Virus record (IMG/VR): IMGVR_UViG_3300005804_000107
Coordinates: 1 to 25,050 of that record
Source of the DNA: a virus
Taxonomy: Duplodnaviria > Caudoviricetes
Length of the DNA: 25,050 nt
Direction: 5' to 3' (one strand)
In this document: positions 24,672-25,050 of the stretch, piece by piece
Position numbering within the stretch: position 1 is the stretch's first letter
How the letters are laid out: the number at the start of each line of letters is the position of its first letter
Program-made: the position numbers and the translations under genes
Notes under the pieces: model-generated
Told to the model about the DNA's origin: nothing
What the model saw: only the letters and a program-made list of their open reading frames with translations
Database searches by the model: none

Positions 24672-24714
24672 GCCAGGCGGACAACCGCCCGGGATCCGGG
24701 CAAGAGGAGGACAC

Positions 24715-25050
24715 ATGAGGCAGATCGATCGCAAGTACTTTGGCCCGGCAGTGGCGGTGGCAGTGCTGCCCACTCCGGAGCAGGAGCACGACTTCCAACC
24801 CACGGCCGAGCAATCCGTGGACCTGGACTTCCTCTCGGGCTTCAGCGAGGCGGAGATCCACACCTACATCCGGCTGAAGCACATCCTGGCCCGACTGCCG
24901 CTGCCCGCCATCCCGGTGGAGTACATGGACAGCGTGGAGGAACTCCTGGCCGCCCTGTTCAGGATCCTGGCGGACGGCAAGGTGACCCTCGCCGACTGGC
25001 AGGACCTGCTCGACCTGGTGCGCGGGGCCGCGCGGCTGGTCCGCAAGTAG
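24715..25050 (+). CDS. Hypothetical 111-aa helical protein, possibly lysis-associated
   Basis: SD GAGGAGG; amphipathic helices around 'ADGKVTLADW'. Confidence 0.7.
   Translation: MRQIDRKYFGPAVAVAVLPTPEQEHDFQPTAEQSVDLDFLSGFSEAEIHTYIRLKHILARLPLPAIPVEYMDSVEELLAALFRILADGKVTLADWQDLLDLVRGAARLVRK

Larger units (their letters stand above)
1..25050 (+). mobile_element. Siphovirus-type phage/prophage: late-early genes plus packaging, head, neck, tail and lysis modules (no ends or integrase visible in window)
   Basis: Canonical order terS-terL-portal-protease-MCP-neck-tail tube-chaperone-TMP-Dit-Tal-tail proteins-lysis; many ATGA/TGATG gene overlaps; no sheath gene. Confidence 0.97.

Noticed and set aside
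24676-24701. Short alternative hairpins upstream of the last gene
   Set aside because: 5-6 bp stems are expected by chance at this GC content and there is no U-tract
24970-25000. 'DGKVTLADW' as a calcium-binding EF-hand
   Set aside because: Only a partial loop match with no paired EF-hand; insufficient support
1-25050. CRISPR array, tRNA, rRNA, intron, intein, integrase, spanins
   Set aside because: No regularly spaced repeats, cloverleaf, intein motifs in terL or portal, recombinase motifs or lipobox-bearing lysis gene were recognised; such genes may lie outside the window

Overview
The whole window is one GC-rich tailed-phage (siphovirus-type) or prophage segment, almost entirely on the + strand. 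From the left: the 3' part of a probable replication gene; small Zn-ribbon and ribbon-helix-helix (RHH) genes; an AT-richer insert carrying a HicA/HicB toxin-antitoxin pair in an unusual divergent arrangement; a cos-like intergenic region; and terS/terL. The head module has an HK97-type portal, prohead protease, major capsid protein and a decoration-like protein, with a GT4 glycosyltransferase embedded after them. Then come neck genes, a tail tube with an Ig-like domain, a tail chaperone with a -1 frameshift, a tape measure protein with an internal NlpC/P60-type peptidase, Dit, a Tal/hub and two carbohydrate-binding-like tail proteins. The lysis-position genes include a stand-alone L,D-transpeptidase-family protein as the only cell-wall enzyme. 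Most notable are: (1) back-to-back hicA/hicB promoters, with a probably leaderless toxin mRNA antisense to the phage operon; (2) a candidate virion-glycosylation module; (3) a YkuD-fold endolysin candidate; (4) a nested scaffold start inside the protease gene; and (5) a dif-like recombination site. All calls rest on visual motif recognition and synteny; no database search was run and the host cannot be determined.
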